From a virus (lineage: Duplodnaviria > Caudoviricetes), in the IMG/VR virus record IMGVR_UViG_3300037424_001266, positions 1 through 28,430 of that record: a stretch of 28,430 nt of DNA; one strand, 5' to 3'. Each line of letters starts with the position of its first letter. Positions within the stretch are counted from its first letter, which is position 1. Below the pieces are notes generated by a model. The model saw only the letters and a list, made by a program, of their open reading frames with translations, searched no databases and was not told where the DNA came from. Positions 1 to 8,827 of this stretch are shown in pieces. The position numbers were made by a program, and so were the translations under genes.

Positions 1-291
1 TTGGCCGGCCGCCATGAGGAACGGCGTCTGATCGTCTGCCAGGAGCCCGGAGAGTCCCGTCAGCGTGAGTTCGTCGTTTCCACCGTTCTGGTGCGATCCG
101 GAGTGTTTCGTCGGCACGGAGGGGGTCGTGTTCTGGATCGGCAACCCCCGCATATCGAGCGGCCCCAGAAGTCGGACGGTCTTTCCACCGACCCCCTTCT
201 GGTTCTCAAGTTCCTGCCAGATCAAATCGAGATGGGCTTGCAACTGCACCATCAAATCCGGGGAGTTCGGTATGAGCCGTGGCGGCCTCAT
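1..291 (-). CDS. Virion/tail-fibre-like protein, N-terminal part (runs off left edge)
   Basis: Manual translation from ATG at 291, overlapping the upstream TAA: MRPPRLIPNSPDL...HSGSHQNGGNDELTLTGLSGLLADDQ. The HxxSHQNGGxDE...GLSGLLAD motif resembles phage tail-associated repeats. Not in the ORF track because it has no stop in the window. Confidence 0.6.
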   Translation of the reverse strand, partial: MRPPRLIPNSPDLMVQLQAHLDLIWQELENQKGVGGKTVRLLGPLDMRGLPIQNTTPSVPTKHSGSHQNGGNDELTLTGLSGLLADDQTPFLMAAGQ

Positions 292-2399
292 TATTCGATG
301 TACCAGGGATCGTAGAATTTCACCGCCGCGGCCGTGGTGACTTCGAACCGGAACCCCATCCGGTAGAAGTTCCCCTTCGGCAGGGACACCTTGCTTCGCG
401 TCCTGGCTGAGTTCGTGATCGTGATTGCCGTTTTCTCCACGCCGTCGCAGATCGGTATGATCGAGAGAGTCGCACCGGCAAGGTCGATATCGTAATGCAG
501 GGCCGAGAAGGATCCCGCCTCAATGAGTCCCGGGCCGCACGGGTATTCCTTCGTCGTGAGGGAGAAGGCCCGTGAAGCGGCCGTCCCGCCGAGCGTCATC
601 AGGTTTCCGGAGGCGTCTCCCAGGTAGACCGTGTTCGTCGTGAGATCCGCGAATCCGAAGGTCGCCGCCCGATCGCCTTCCGTGCCCCGGGCGTTCTCGA
701 TGCCGCCGATCAGGTCGATGACGAGTTCCCGGTCGTTCTCAATGGCGGTTCCGGAGGGGTAATAGAGCCGGTAATACCGGCCGTCCCAGAGGGAGAAAGC
801 CCGGGCGTACTCGTCCCAATTCACATTCGAGAGCAGGTTCTTCCCCTTCTCGAAGAACAGGGTCGACGTGAATCCGTTGAACAGCCAGAGGCCGTTCTCC
901 CGGGGGTAGATGAGCCCGAAGGGGGTAACCGACGAGGTTTTATCGGACAGCGGCCCCGTCGTGGCGAGGGTTTGATCGAGGACCCACGAATCCGGGTTTT
1001 TTCCCCGGAGCCGGATGAACCCCTTCTGGGATCCTACGTAGATGTTGTCATCCAGGGTGTTCAGCGAGGTATTGTCCTCATCGTCAAACACCGTGGTATT
1101 GAATCCGTCCCACCCCACATCAAGCGCCTGGGGCTCCATCGGCTGTCCCCACCAAAGGTATTTCCCGTAATTCGGGACTCCGATGAAGAACACCCGCTTG
1201 TCCTTGAACAGGAGACGGGCGCCGATCCCGCCGATCGACGGTTCAGCTTCTCCCGCAACCAGTTCCGATTCCATGAGTTTCGTAATGCAAGTGCCCTGGG
1301 CATCCCCTCCATAATGGATCGCATAGACGTATTCATTCGCGGTATGGAGGGAGGTCACGACCACCGAGCCGGTATCCACATATGCGGAACTATCGACCGC
1401 GGGGGGCCAGGTCAAGGAACTGTAGACCCTCCCTCCGGACCCGCCGAAGGAGAAGAACATTCTTCTTTGCGAGGCGTCATCGCCCGTCTGCCAAATATCG
1501 AAGGCCGCGTCGTACCCGGAGGCTCCGTTGACGCTTGTATCCTCGATGACCGCAATCGCCTGGTATTGCAACGTGACCACGTTTTTCCGGTAAAACAGCA
1601 GATCGCGCCTTTCTGCGCTTACATATCCCGATCCGAATCCGTACTGCCAGTTGTCATCCCACCCCTTCGGCAGTTGAGGATACCCACCATAAACATTGTC
1701 CAAGTAATCCATGTAGGGCCACATCGTTACCGAATAAATGCCCCAGGCGGCGCCCGGAGCGATCATCGGCGTCCCGCTTAAAGGGATCCCGAGAGGAACA
1801 AGGGATAACGACAGGGATCTCCAATCGGAACCGCTTGTATATCCGAAGAATCCCCCGGTATCTATCCAGAAAACGTCCCTTACTGCATATAGATTATTAT
1901 CCTGAAGCGAATCTCCGGAGGACAATCCAAGGCGTTTTCTATACCAATACTGATATCCCCCGGATATGAATACATTTGTATAGAAATATGTTCCGGAATC
2001 GGTGTAGGCAACAAAGGTTCTTCCCGAGTACCCGACGTAACCGGCCGTTGGAACATAGGAAGTGATGGAATTATCGGACAGATTCACATCAAGCAGGATT
2101 TTGGCTTGGTTTGACGATTTGAACCCCGCGATGCAGTAATGAAGATCTGCCGATAACTGCCCGAGGATTGTAGATTCATCATCGGCGATCGCGGCCATGT
2201 TGAACGTATAGCCGGCCAGGTAAGCGTTTAGATTCACCACCTGGACGAGTGTTGAGGGCCAGGTGAACTTATAGAGCCAGTATTCCCCTCCGGAGGACAT
2301 GATGAAGTACATCGAGTCGAGGTCGTTCGGATCCTGCACCGGCCCGTAAGGCCTTTGCCCTCCTGAGATGTTGTAGCGGCCGACGACGGAAAGGCTCAT
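291..2399 (-). CDS. Tail nozzle/stabilisation-like protein (C-terminal propeller part) with a Tyr/Gly-rich N-terminal beta domain
   Basis: 702 aa. The C-terminal ~310 aa (RVFFIGVP..LWWGQPMEP..; SVTPFGLIYPRENGLWLFNG) resemble podovirus nozzle propellers. Located in the late operon downstream of the adaptor. Confidence 0.6.
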   Translation of the reverse strand: MSLSVVGRYNISGGQRPYGPVQDPNDLDSMYFIMSSGGEYWLYKFTWPSTLVQVVNLNAYLAGYTFNMAAIADDESTILGQLSADLHYCIAGFKSSNQAKILLDVNLSDNSITSYVPTAGYVGYSGRTFVAYTDSGTYFYTNVFISGGYQYWYRKRLGLSSGDSLQDNNLYAVRDVFWIDTGGFFGYTSGSDWRSLSLSLVPLGIPLSGTPMIAPGAAWGIYSVTMWPYMDYLDNVYGGYPQLPKGWDDNWQYGFGSGYVSAERRDLLFYRKNVVTLQYQAIAVIEDTSVNGASGYDAAFDIWQTGDDASQRRMFFSFGGSGGRVYSSLTWPPAVDSSAYVDTGSVVVTSLHTANEYVYAIHYGGDAQGTCITKLMESELVAGEAEPSIGGIGARLLFKDKRVFFIGVPNYGKYLWWGQPMEPQALDVGWDGFNTTVFDDEDNTSLNTLDDNIYVGSQKGFIRLRGKNPDSWVLDQTLATTGPLSDKTSSVTPFGLIYPRENGLWLFNGFTSTLFFEKGKNLLSNVNWDEYARAFSLWDGRYYRLYYPSGTAIENDRELVIDLIGGIENARGTEGDRAATFGFADLTTNTVYLGDASGNLMTLGGTAASRAFSLTTKEYPCGPGLIEAGSFSALHYDIDLAGATLSIIPICDGVEKTAITITNSARTRSKVSLPKGNFYRMGFRFEVTTAAAVKFYDPWYIE

Positions 2400-2402
2400 G
2401 GG

Positions 2403-3353
2403 TTACGCTCCAAAGATCGGGCGATACCGTTCCCGGGAGAACGGTGCGGCCTGTACGAGATCTTCATCAGAGACGTTATCGGTGTATTCCGCGGTTCCTA
2501 TTTCGATTTCGTCGATGAGGAACGGTCCCACGATCACGTCCGGATCCGCGGTCATGTTCTGTGCGATCGCCTTATTCGTCTGGGACCTGACGATCGTTTG
2601 AAACAGATTCCCGAATTTCAGGGTTCCGGAGGATTGCTCGAGGGCCGTCTGCTTCGCCTCGATCGCCGTCCTCGCCTGTGCGAGAGTCGCCGTAACTCCG
2701 GACTTGTCCCGGTACAGCCGAAGGTGTGTGATCTGGGTATCCGGCGCCGTGGCAGGATAGGTCCAGAGGATCTTCGTGTTATCGACGATGAGGGGGAACA
2801 CCGGAGAGAGGTCGGTTTCGTACTCCGTCCCGTCCGGGTACTTCGCAACGTAGGTGTAATAGAGGGCATAGGTCCCGGAGGGGGATCCGGCCTCTCCAAG
2901 GGATCCGGAGGGCGCCGTCAGGGGATTCTCGATTCCCCATTCCGTCACGGCCAGGGTCGGGATGTAGACCTTCTTCTTCGTCACTCCTTCCGTGGCGTAC
3001 AGGAAGTTTTCAAAGGCGAACATCGAGATATCGTCGCCGTTGAAAGCTGAGGAAACGACGGTTTTAGCCATCGTCGTGACGAGGAAATGAACGAGATTAT
3101 TCCCCTCGCCCACGAACAGGTGATCCCCCGTCTTGAACATCGAATGGATCCGGCCCATGCCCGTGGCGATCACGGTATTCGCCTTGGAGATCCCGAGGGC
3201 TCCGATCTGGTCGAAATCCGCGTTAAGGAGTGTGGCCGCCTCGCCCGGATCCAGTAGGAGGCGGTTGACCTGGAAGGTGTTGATCCCCTTCGTGAAGGAT
3301 ATCTCTGGGGGCCCCTGGGGCTTGGTGCGGGAGGGTTTCGACTGGATCGCCAT
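2403..3353 (-). CDS. Tail nozzle/stabilisation-like protein, N-terminal part
   Basis: 316 aa. FTKGINT..LDPGEAATLLNADFDQIGAL, WGIENP, GTYALYYTYV..ETDLSP, HLRLYR and YTDNVSD resemble the N-half of P22 gp10/T7 gp12-like proteins in environmental podoviruses. Confidence 0.55.
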   Translation of the reverse strand: MAIQSKPSRTKPQGPPEISFTKGINTFQVNRLLLDPGEAATLLNADFDQIGALGISKANTVIATGMGRIHSMFKTGDHLFVGEGNNLVHFLVTTMAKTVVSSAFNGDDISMFAFENFLYATEGVTKKKVYIPTLAVTEWGIENPLTAPSGSLGEAGSPSGTYALYYTYVAKYPDGTEYETDLSPVFPLIVDNTKILWTYPATAPDTQITHLRLYRDKSGVTATLAQARTAIEAKQTALEQSSGTLKFGNLFQTIVRSQTNKAIAQNMTADPDVIVGPFLIDEIEIGTAEYTDNVSDEDLVQAAPFSRERYRPIFGA

Positions 3354-4495
3354 TACAGCCCGTTCCCGTCGCCGATGTAGTCCGAATCAAGCTCCATCGT
3401 CTCGGGGAATCCAAGGTTATCGCCGCACATCGCAATTCCCTTACTGATTGCGCCCTCCCAGAGCGTCATGAAATTCGCACCGAGGGATTTGTCGATCCGG
3501 CCGTCGTGTTCCGTCCCAAGAAGGATAGAAGCCGCGTACCATTCGAGGTCCCCATGAAAATCCTCGGGGATCTCCGGGTACTGGTTGTCGTTGGAGAGTT
3601 GCGCCGCCTTCCGGACGAATTCATACTCGAGGTTCCCGTTCGGCGTCGTGACGGCGCCCAGGACCCCGAATTCCGTGTTGAAGAGGTACTGCTCGGTGTC
3701 CGAAGCCCAGGACGTCAGGACTCCGTACTCCCCCGCGTAGATGATGACGGAATCCCCCACATCAAAATCGTTGTCTGTGCCTCCCGCCAGGGTGACGGTG
3801 ATCTTGTCGTTCGTCGCCTCGGAATCCCCGATCGCCGTGATCGCGCCCTTGGAGCCGTCCGTCAGGTTTTCGATCACCATCCCGACCATGACGCCCAGGG
3901 CTGACAGGTCCCGGCCTTCCGTATCGACGTAGAAGGCCGAGGATTCCCCCGTCTTATGGACTCCGGTAATGTTCCCGCCGAGCGAGATATTCGACCCGGA
4001 AACCACCACGCCGGTATCCTGGGAGACGTCGTAGGTCGCCCCATCGGCGTCCGGCACCGGATAGACCCCGATCATCCGGGTGTTGCCATACACCGGCCCC
4101 AGGAAGAGGCCCTTCGGCGTTCCCACTTCATCCCGCCAGGTCCCGGAGCCGTTATCGAGCCGCTGTACGGAGGTTCGGCCGAGGCGGGTGTACCCACTCC
4201 CGCCGGCGTCCCTGTACCTGGCAATCCACCTGGGATTTACGAAATCATGGAACCCCGTGGGGAGTTTGTAGAACCGGATGCCGGCCTTGAGGATCGTGAT
4301 CGCGTTCGTTTTCAGGAGACGGGTACGGACGCAGAAATCCCGGAGTGCGGTATTGAGGTAGGCGTCTACTTCGGCCTTCGTGTAGCGCGTGAAGGTCTGA
4401 GCCGTTTCACCGAGTTTCGAGAGGACCCCATCCTCGAGTTGAGTGAGGGTTTTCCCGGTGTAGACGCCCGTTGTGGTGGTCTGCAATTCAGCCAT
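3353..4495 (-). CDS. Head-tail adaptor (P22 gp4/tubular A-like) with inserted beta domain
   Basis: 380 aa. N-terminal KTLTQLEDGVLSKLGE..YTKAEVDAYLNTALRDFC and C-terminal PEIPEDFHGDLEWYAA are typical of adaptors; position fits. Confidence 0.6.
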   Translation of the reverse strand: MAELQTTTTGVYTGKTLTQLEDGVLSKLGETAQTFTRYTKAEVDAYLNTALRDFCVRTRLLKTNAITILKAGIRFYKLPTGFHDFVNPRWIARYRDAGGSGYTRLGRTSVQRLDNGSGTWRDEVGTPKGLFLGPVYGNTRMIGVYPVPDADGATYDVSQDTGVVVSGSNISLGGNITGVHKTGESSAFYVDTEGRDLSALGVMVGMVIENLTDGSKGAITAIGDSEATNDKITVTLAGGTDNDFDVGDSVIIYAGEYGVLTSWASDTEQYLFNTEFGVLGAVTTPNGNLEYEFVRKAAQLSNDNQYPEIPEDFHGDLEWYAASILLGTEHDGRIDKSLGANFMTLWEGAISKGIAMCGDNLGFPETMELDSDYIGDGNGL

Positions 4496-4501
4496 CGGCG
4501 T

Positions 4502-5050
4502 TTACCCCTTCCGGTTGGATTTCTTCCCCGGGACGGGTCCCGCGGGGTTCGTCGCCGCGGGCGCCTCTACCGGATGAGAGTCTACATAATCCGATCCTTC
4601 CTGCAAGGGTTTTTCTTCAAGGGGCATCCTGATATCGAAAAGCTCTCCCGGTACGTTGTCTTTCCCCTCCGGGAAGGGAACGATCACGGGCTCGGTCGGA
4701 TCTGAGATGAGAGCCCGGATTTCCGAGTCGGCCGGGGTAACCGGATCCTCGCCGGCCGGCGGCCGGCCGGTTACCTCTTCCGCGGCCGGGGTAACGGGAT
4801 CCCGCGGAGCTGCTCCTGGAGCCGTTACCCCTGCGGGGGGCACACCCTCGGGGAGTTCCGGAATCTCGATCCCGCCCTGGGGCACCGAGAAATCCGGAGG
4901 CGCCAGGGATTGCGCCGGGAGTTGCCCCGGCAGAAGGGCTTTCGTTACTGGATGGAACCTCCACGCGCCTTGCGTGATCCACCGTTCGCCAGTTGCAGTT
5001 TCGACGCCGATACCGGAAGGCTTATTGGGGTTGAAGATGATCGCCGCCAT
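4502..5050 (-). CDS. Pro/Ala-rich hypothetical protein (182 aa) carrying two GTAAC-N28-GTTAC elements
   Basis: ATG at 5050 preceded by AAGGAGG; shorter than the track ORF 4502..5143. Confidence 0.6.
   Translation of the reverse strand: MAAIIFNPNKPSGIGVETATGERWITQGAWRFHPVTKALLPGQLPAQSLAPPDFSVPQGGIEIPELPEGVPPAGVTAPGAAPRDPVTPAAEEVTGRPPAGEDPVTPADSEIRALISDPTEPVIVPFPEGKDNVPGELFDIRMPLEEKPLQEGSDYVDSHPVEAPAATNPAGPVPGKKSNRKG
4737..4774. repeat. GTAAC-N28-GTTAC element #1
   Basis: GGG GTAAC CGGATCCTCGCCGGCCGGCGGCCGGCCG GTTAC CTC. Confidence 0.95.
4791..4828. repeat. GTAAC-N28-GTTAC element #2 (16 nt after #1)
   Basis: GGG GTAAC GGGATCCCGCGGAGCTGCTCCTGGAGCC GTTAC CCC. Confidence 0.95.
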
Positions 5051-6582
5051 TTTCTGAATACCTCCTTCATCCTTGGGATGATATCTGATGGATCGTACTC
5101 CGCGGCACAAGCGGAAACCCTGAATTGCTCGTTTACCGGACATTCCTTGATCGAGAAGATCATCTTGTGGCAGGGCGAACAGGATTGCCGGGATTGGACG
5201 GAGTTATCGTTTATCCAATACTTGCAGAGATTCGCCCAGGACGAGTGCGACAGCATACAGATCTTCGGGGTATCGAAGCACCCCGCCATGTTCAGGACTC
5301 CCGTTTCCGGCCCGATCACCAGATCCGCGTATTTCACAGCGATCGCCGTGTTGCGGATCCCCCACCGGCCGGATCGGTGCATATAGTTCGGGTTGTCATC
5401 AGCCGCCAACTCCAGTAGTTTCTCCGCGTGGCCGCCCACGGTGATGAAAAGCGCCTCCGGGTTGATCCGTGCGAATTCAGCCATCGCCATAGCGGCGTAG
5501 GGGAATCGCTTGTGCGGCCCGGATCCCCCCAGGGCCCAGATCACCACGAACCGTCCCTCGAGGGTCTTTCTCCAGATCCGGGCTACGCCTTCCTCTTCAT
5601 CGGAGAAGAACATCTCCCCGTTTTCCCTGCGCCGGTCGATCCCCGCTACCTTCAAGGCGTGATCGTAATAGTTGACGTTCCCGAACTTCGCCCGCCGTTC
5701 GTCATCGGTTAAGTCGTACTCCGGGCTACCCTTGATCGACAGGAGAGCTTCTTCGAGCGTTCCGGAGAGGTTCACAACGCGATCGTAGCCCTTGGAGAGG
5801 GCTTTCCAGTAGCCGTTCAAATCCGCGTTCGGCACTTCATCCATCGCCTGATAGATGAACCGATCGACGTTCGGGTTGTGCCTGGCAATCTCCATGCCGT
5901 TATCTGAGGTATTGAACGTGACGTGATAGCCCTCTTCCTTGAGGGCTCGAAGCACGGGTGTTGCGATGATGGCGTCTCCGATGCCTCCGTACCGGATCAC
6001 CAGGGCTTTCTTTTGATCCGGCGCCGGCAAGGCGCGCCGGTCTACCGTGAGCCCCGGCACGGACGAGAGTTTTTTCAGCACCAGGTCGAACGAATACTCA
6101 TTGTCCTCCGCGTGGATCTCGTTGTGTAGGACTTCAAACGACGCGAATTCCCGCATGACTTCAAGGATCATCTCCGGGGTGAGATCGCTCTTGTGGTCCG
6201 GATTCGCTCCCGGATGGCCCACTCGCGGGTAAAGCTCCGCATGGGGGAGGTACAGCACCAGGTTTCCCCCTGGCCGGATCGTCCTCCACCATTCTTGAAG
6301 AAGTCCCGGAGGATCCTTGGCGTGTTCCAGGTAATGAGACGAGAAGATGAAATCGAATGTATCCGAGGCGAACAGCGTGAGCCCCCCTTCGAGGTCGATC
6401 GCAAAATCAGCTACCGAATCCGCTCCCTTCCCGATATCCAGGCCGATCGCCGTTTCCTTGATCTTCTTCGCTCCGCAAGCCAGGTCGAGCCCTTGGCCCT
6501 TGCAGAACTGGAGAAGCCGCGGCCGGCACTTCTCCACTTCCGGAACGTATGGATTCTCCTTGTCGATGGGTTTCCAGGTCAT
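4945..6582 (-). CDS. Class I SAM methyltransferase fused to a GT9 (heptosyltransferase-like) glycosyltransferase
   Basis: N-terminal GLDLACG..FDFIFSSHYLEH..WWRTIRPGGNLVLYLP. C-terminal IRYGGIGDAIIATPVLRALK..ADLVIGPETGVLNMAGCFDTPKI, plus a CSPC..C..C tail. Confidence 0.85.
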   Translation of the reverse strand: MTWKPIDKENPYVPEVEKCRPRLLQFCKGQGLDLACGAKKIKETAIGLDIGKGADSVADFAIDLEGGLTLFASDTFDFIFSSHYLEHAKDPPGLLQEWWRTIRPGGNLVLYLPHAELYPRVGHPGANPDHKSDLTPEMILEVMREFASFEVLHNEIHAEDNEYSFDLVLKKLSSVPGLTVDRRALPAPDQKKALVIRYGGIGDAIIATPVLRALKEEGYHVTFNTSDNGMEIARHNPNVDRFIYQAMDEVPNADLNGYWKALSKGYDRVVNLSGTLEEALLSIKGSPEYDLTDDERRAKFGNVNYYDHALKVAGIDRRRENGEMFFSDEEEGVARIWRKTLEGRFVVIWALGGSGPHKRFPYAAMAMAEFARINPEALFITVGGHAEKLLELAADDNPNYMHRSGRWGIRNTAIAVKYADLVIGPETGVLNMAGCFDTPKICMLSHSSWANLCKYWINDNSVQSRQSCSPCHKMIFSIKECPVNEQFRVSACAAEYDPSDIIPRMKEVFRKWRRSSSTPISLPVSASKLQLANGGSRKARGGSIQ

Positions 6583-6893
6583 ACGCTCCCCCCGATGAAC
6601 CGGATCGGCTTCCCGTGAATCTTCGCGTAGTTGATCTCACTTCGCGTCGATTCCCCGATGTACCCTCCAACGTCGAGGACAAGCACTTCATCTGCCAGGT
6701 CGATCTTCCGCTTGTGGAGTTCGTCGAGTTTGACCTTCTCTTCCGGCGTCGGGGTGTACTTATCTCCATCGGCGTGTCCGAACCACCCAACGGTGAGGAC
6801 GATGTTTCCGGCCATCGTCTCCTTGAAGTTTCGGTTGATGAATTCCCGCTTGAACCGCGTTGAGCCACAGAGGCACACGATTTTCGGTTTCAT
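6579..6893 (-). CDS. Nucleoside 2-deoxyribosyltransferase-like/DUF4406-like small protein
   Basis: MKPKIVCLCGSTRF..LDELHKRKIDLADEVLVLDVGGYIGESTRSEINYAKIHGKPI. ATG at 6893 overlaps the stop of the upstream gene (ATGA). Confidence 0.7.
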   Translation of the reverse strand: MKPKIVCLCGSTRFKREFINRNFKETMAGNIVLTVGWFGHADGDKYTPTPEEKVKLDELHKRKIDLADEVLVLDVGGYIGESTRSEINYAKIHGKPIRFIGGSV

Positions 6894-7579
6894 CGGGAGG
6901 CCGCCATCGTTACGAGATCCCGGCAGTAATCCGGGTTGCGGTTCGCCGCTTCGAGGTAATCCCACCCCTCCACTTTGTACCCGCACTTGTGGATCAAGGC
7001 CGAGAGGGACTTGAGGCCGTAGTAGTGAAGATGCTCCCCGGGCTTGTAGTGTCTCCATCCCATGATCGACCCCCGGGCGGGCGTGTTCATCAGCGGATCG
7101 ACGTTCGGCGTGAGGATCACCAGGAGCTTGGGATTCATCAGACGGATGAAATTCCGAGGGCTCTCCATGTGTTCGATCACATCGAAGGCGGTCACCACAT
7201 CCGGCCGGTCTATCACGTCCTTTTCCGGCCGGCAGTATTCCGAGAACGGGTTGATATCGAATCCGTGGAGTTCCACTCCCGGGAGGGCATGGGAGGACCG
7301 CAGGAAAGCTCCCGTGCCGGCGCCCACGTCCAAGAGGGTGATATGCCCGTTCATAAATCTCCGCAGGAATCCCCACCGGAAGGCCTCGATCTTCGCCCCG
7401 AGTTCCGTCTTGGCGAGGTTCCGGTAGTGTTCCAGGTACTTCTCGTCATACAGAGCCCTGTTGTTCGGGGCGTCGCACGTTACCAGGTTGCACGACGGGC
7501 ACCGAAATAGGCCAGGTGCGAATTTCACCATCGCGGTCCCGTCTGTATCGCATCGTCCGGTAAACCATGTCGATTGCAT
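6890..7579 (-). CDS. Class I SAM-dependent methyltransferase (Methyltransf_23-like) with N-terminal CxxC
   Basis: FRCPSCNL; LLDVGAGTGAFL; HGFDIN; DVVTAFDVIEHM; TPN; EHLHYY. Start uncertain (7579 has an upstream AGGAG; 7531 is the alternative). Confidence 0.8.
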   Translation of the reverse strand: MQSTWFTGRCDTDGTAMVKFAPGLFRCPSCNLVTCDAPNNRALYDEKYLEHYRNLAKTELGAKIEAFRWGFLRRFMNGHITLLDVGAGTGAFLRSSHALPGVELHGFDINPFSEYCRPEKDVIDRPDVVTAFDVIEHMESPRNFIRLMNPKLLVILTPNVDPLMNTPARGSIMGWRHYKPGEHLHYYGLKSLSALIHKCGYKVEGWDYLEAANRNPDYCRDLVTMAASR

Positions 7580-8522
7580 CAAGGATCGTCTCCTGTTGGA
7601 ATTTGTTGTTACAGACCGTTTCATCCGGCCCGACGTGAGGGTGGTAGCAATCCTCCGGTTCGTAAATCGCCCGAAGGCATGGGGAACAGTCGATTTGCGC
7701 TTGCAGGGAGAAATCGTTTCTTTGCCCCTCGGTGCATTGGAACACCGACGAGGACGTACAGAGCATCGTCTTGGGCGTTCCCCACATCCCCGCCGCGACC
7801 AGGAGTCCCGTCTCCGGTCCCAGGACGTAATCCGCGAACCGCGCCATGAGCATCACTTGACGGAAGGACGTCTGGAAGACCGGATAGACCCGGTGATCCC
7901 CATAGGAGAAGCTGTACTGCTTTTCGTTCGGACCCCCGGCCGGATAGAGGACCGCATCCGGGTAGAGGTCGAGGATCTTCCTCCCGATCTCCTTGGCGAA
8001 CGGAAACCTCTTCTGAGCGTTGGATCCCGAGACGGGCATCAGAACCACGAAATCATTACGGTGGATTTCCCTCCACCGTTGCGCCCATGCCAGTTCTTCC
8101 TCGGTGAACACCAAAGTTCCGCAATCCCCCAATTCCCGCACCGTGGAGTACCCCGCCACTACAAGCGGAACCGAATAGAAGCTCTCCCCCTTCACGAGTT
8201 TCCTTCGCGTTTCCACCGGCAGATGAAAAGCCTCGTTATCCCTCCCCGGGATCAAGGTCCCTTCGAGCGTATTCGAAAGATTCACGATTTCATCCGGGTT
8301 GACCGCCTCGATATCCTTATCCAGAATCGCTTGCCAGTCCTCCTTGGTAGCCGGATTGATGGCCAGGATCGACTTGAAGCGGTTGTCGCTCCCGAAGATA
8401 TCGAGCCCGCGGATTCCTGTATGGAGGTAGATTTCCTTCCCGTCTGCCAACATCCGGTCGATCACCGGAAGTAAATACAGCAGATCCCCGTAAGCTCCGT
8501 ACCTCAAGATCATCGACTTCAT
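7446..8522 (-). CDS. GT9-family glycosyltransferase
   Basis: LRYGAYGDLLYLLPVI; ADYVLGPETGLLVAAGMWGTPK; CSPC..C..C C-terminal motif. Paralogous to the GT9 domain at 4945..6582. Confidence 0.85.
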   Translation of the reverse strand: MKSMILRYGAYGDLLYLLPVIDRMLADGKEIYLHTGIRGLDIFGSDNRFKSILAINPATKEDWQAILDKDIEAVNPDEIVNLSNTLEGTLIPGRDNEAFHLPVETRRKLVKGESFYSVPLVVAGYSTVRELGDCGTLVFTEEELAWAQRWREIHRNDFVVLMPVSGSNAQKRFPFAKEIGRKILDLYPDAVLYPAGGPNEKQYSFSYGDHRVYPVFQTSFRQVMLMARFADYVLGPETGLLVAAGMWGTPKTMLCTSSSVFQCTEGQRNDFSLQAQIDCSPCLRAIYEPEDCYHPHVGPDETVCNNKFQQETILDAIDMVYRTMRYRRDRDGEIRTWPISVPVVQPGNVRRPEQQGSV

Positions 8523-8526
8523 CGGT

Positions 8527-8760
8527 TCACTCGTTCCGCGCGATCGAGGCGTTCGCCCACATGACGGCCTCTTCCAGAGCCGTAAGCGCCAAGGACCGCT
8601 CCCGGGACGGCGGGCAGTTCATCATGAGGACACCCGCATAGGCTTTCGCCAGATCCCGGATCTCGATGTACCGAGGCGCCTGATCTTCCTTCGGCGGGTG
8701 ATAGCTGAAATCCTTGTCCAACCGGCGAATCTCGTCATCAGATACCTTGTATTTCTCCAT
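8527..8760 (-). CDS. Acb2/Tad1-like hairpin protein (putative cyclic-nucleotide sponge, anti-defence)
   Basis: 77 aa from ATG 8760 (upstream GGAAGGGG): FSYHPP..RY..IR..CPPSRERSLALTALEEAVMWANASIAR. Resembles the Tad1 C-terminal helix as I recall it (SRENACALTHVEEALMW). Confidence 0.7.
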   Translation of the reverse strand: MEKYKVSDDEIRRLDKDFSYHPPKEDQAPRYIEIRDLAKAYAGVLMMNCPPSRERSLALTALEEAVMWANASIARNE

Positions 8761-8781
8761 CCCCTTCCCTCCTGGTTCGAT

Positions 8782-8805
8782 GAGGGGCCCCCGGAGGGGC
8801 CCCTC
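8782..8805 (-). terminator. GC hairpin after capsid/decoration genes (attenuator or mRNA-stabilising stem)
   Basis: GAGGGGCCCC-CGGA-GGGGCCCCTC: perfect 10-bp stem with a 4-nt loop. No U-tract on the minus strand. Confidence 0.55.
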
Positions 8806-8827
8806 GTTGGATGCTGTATTTGCCCGC

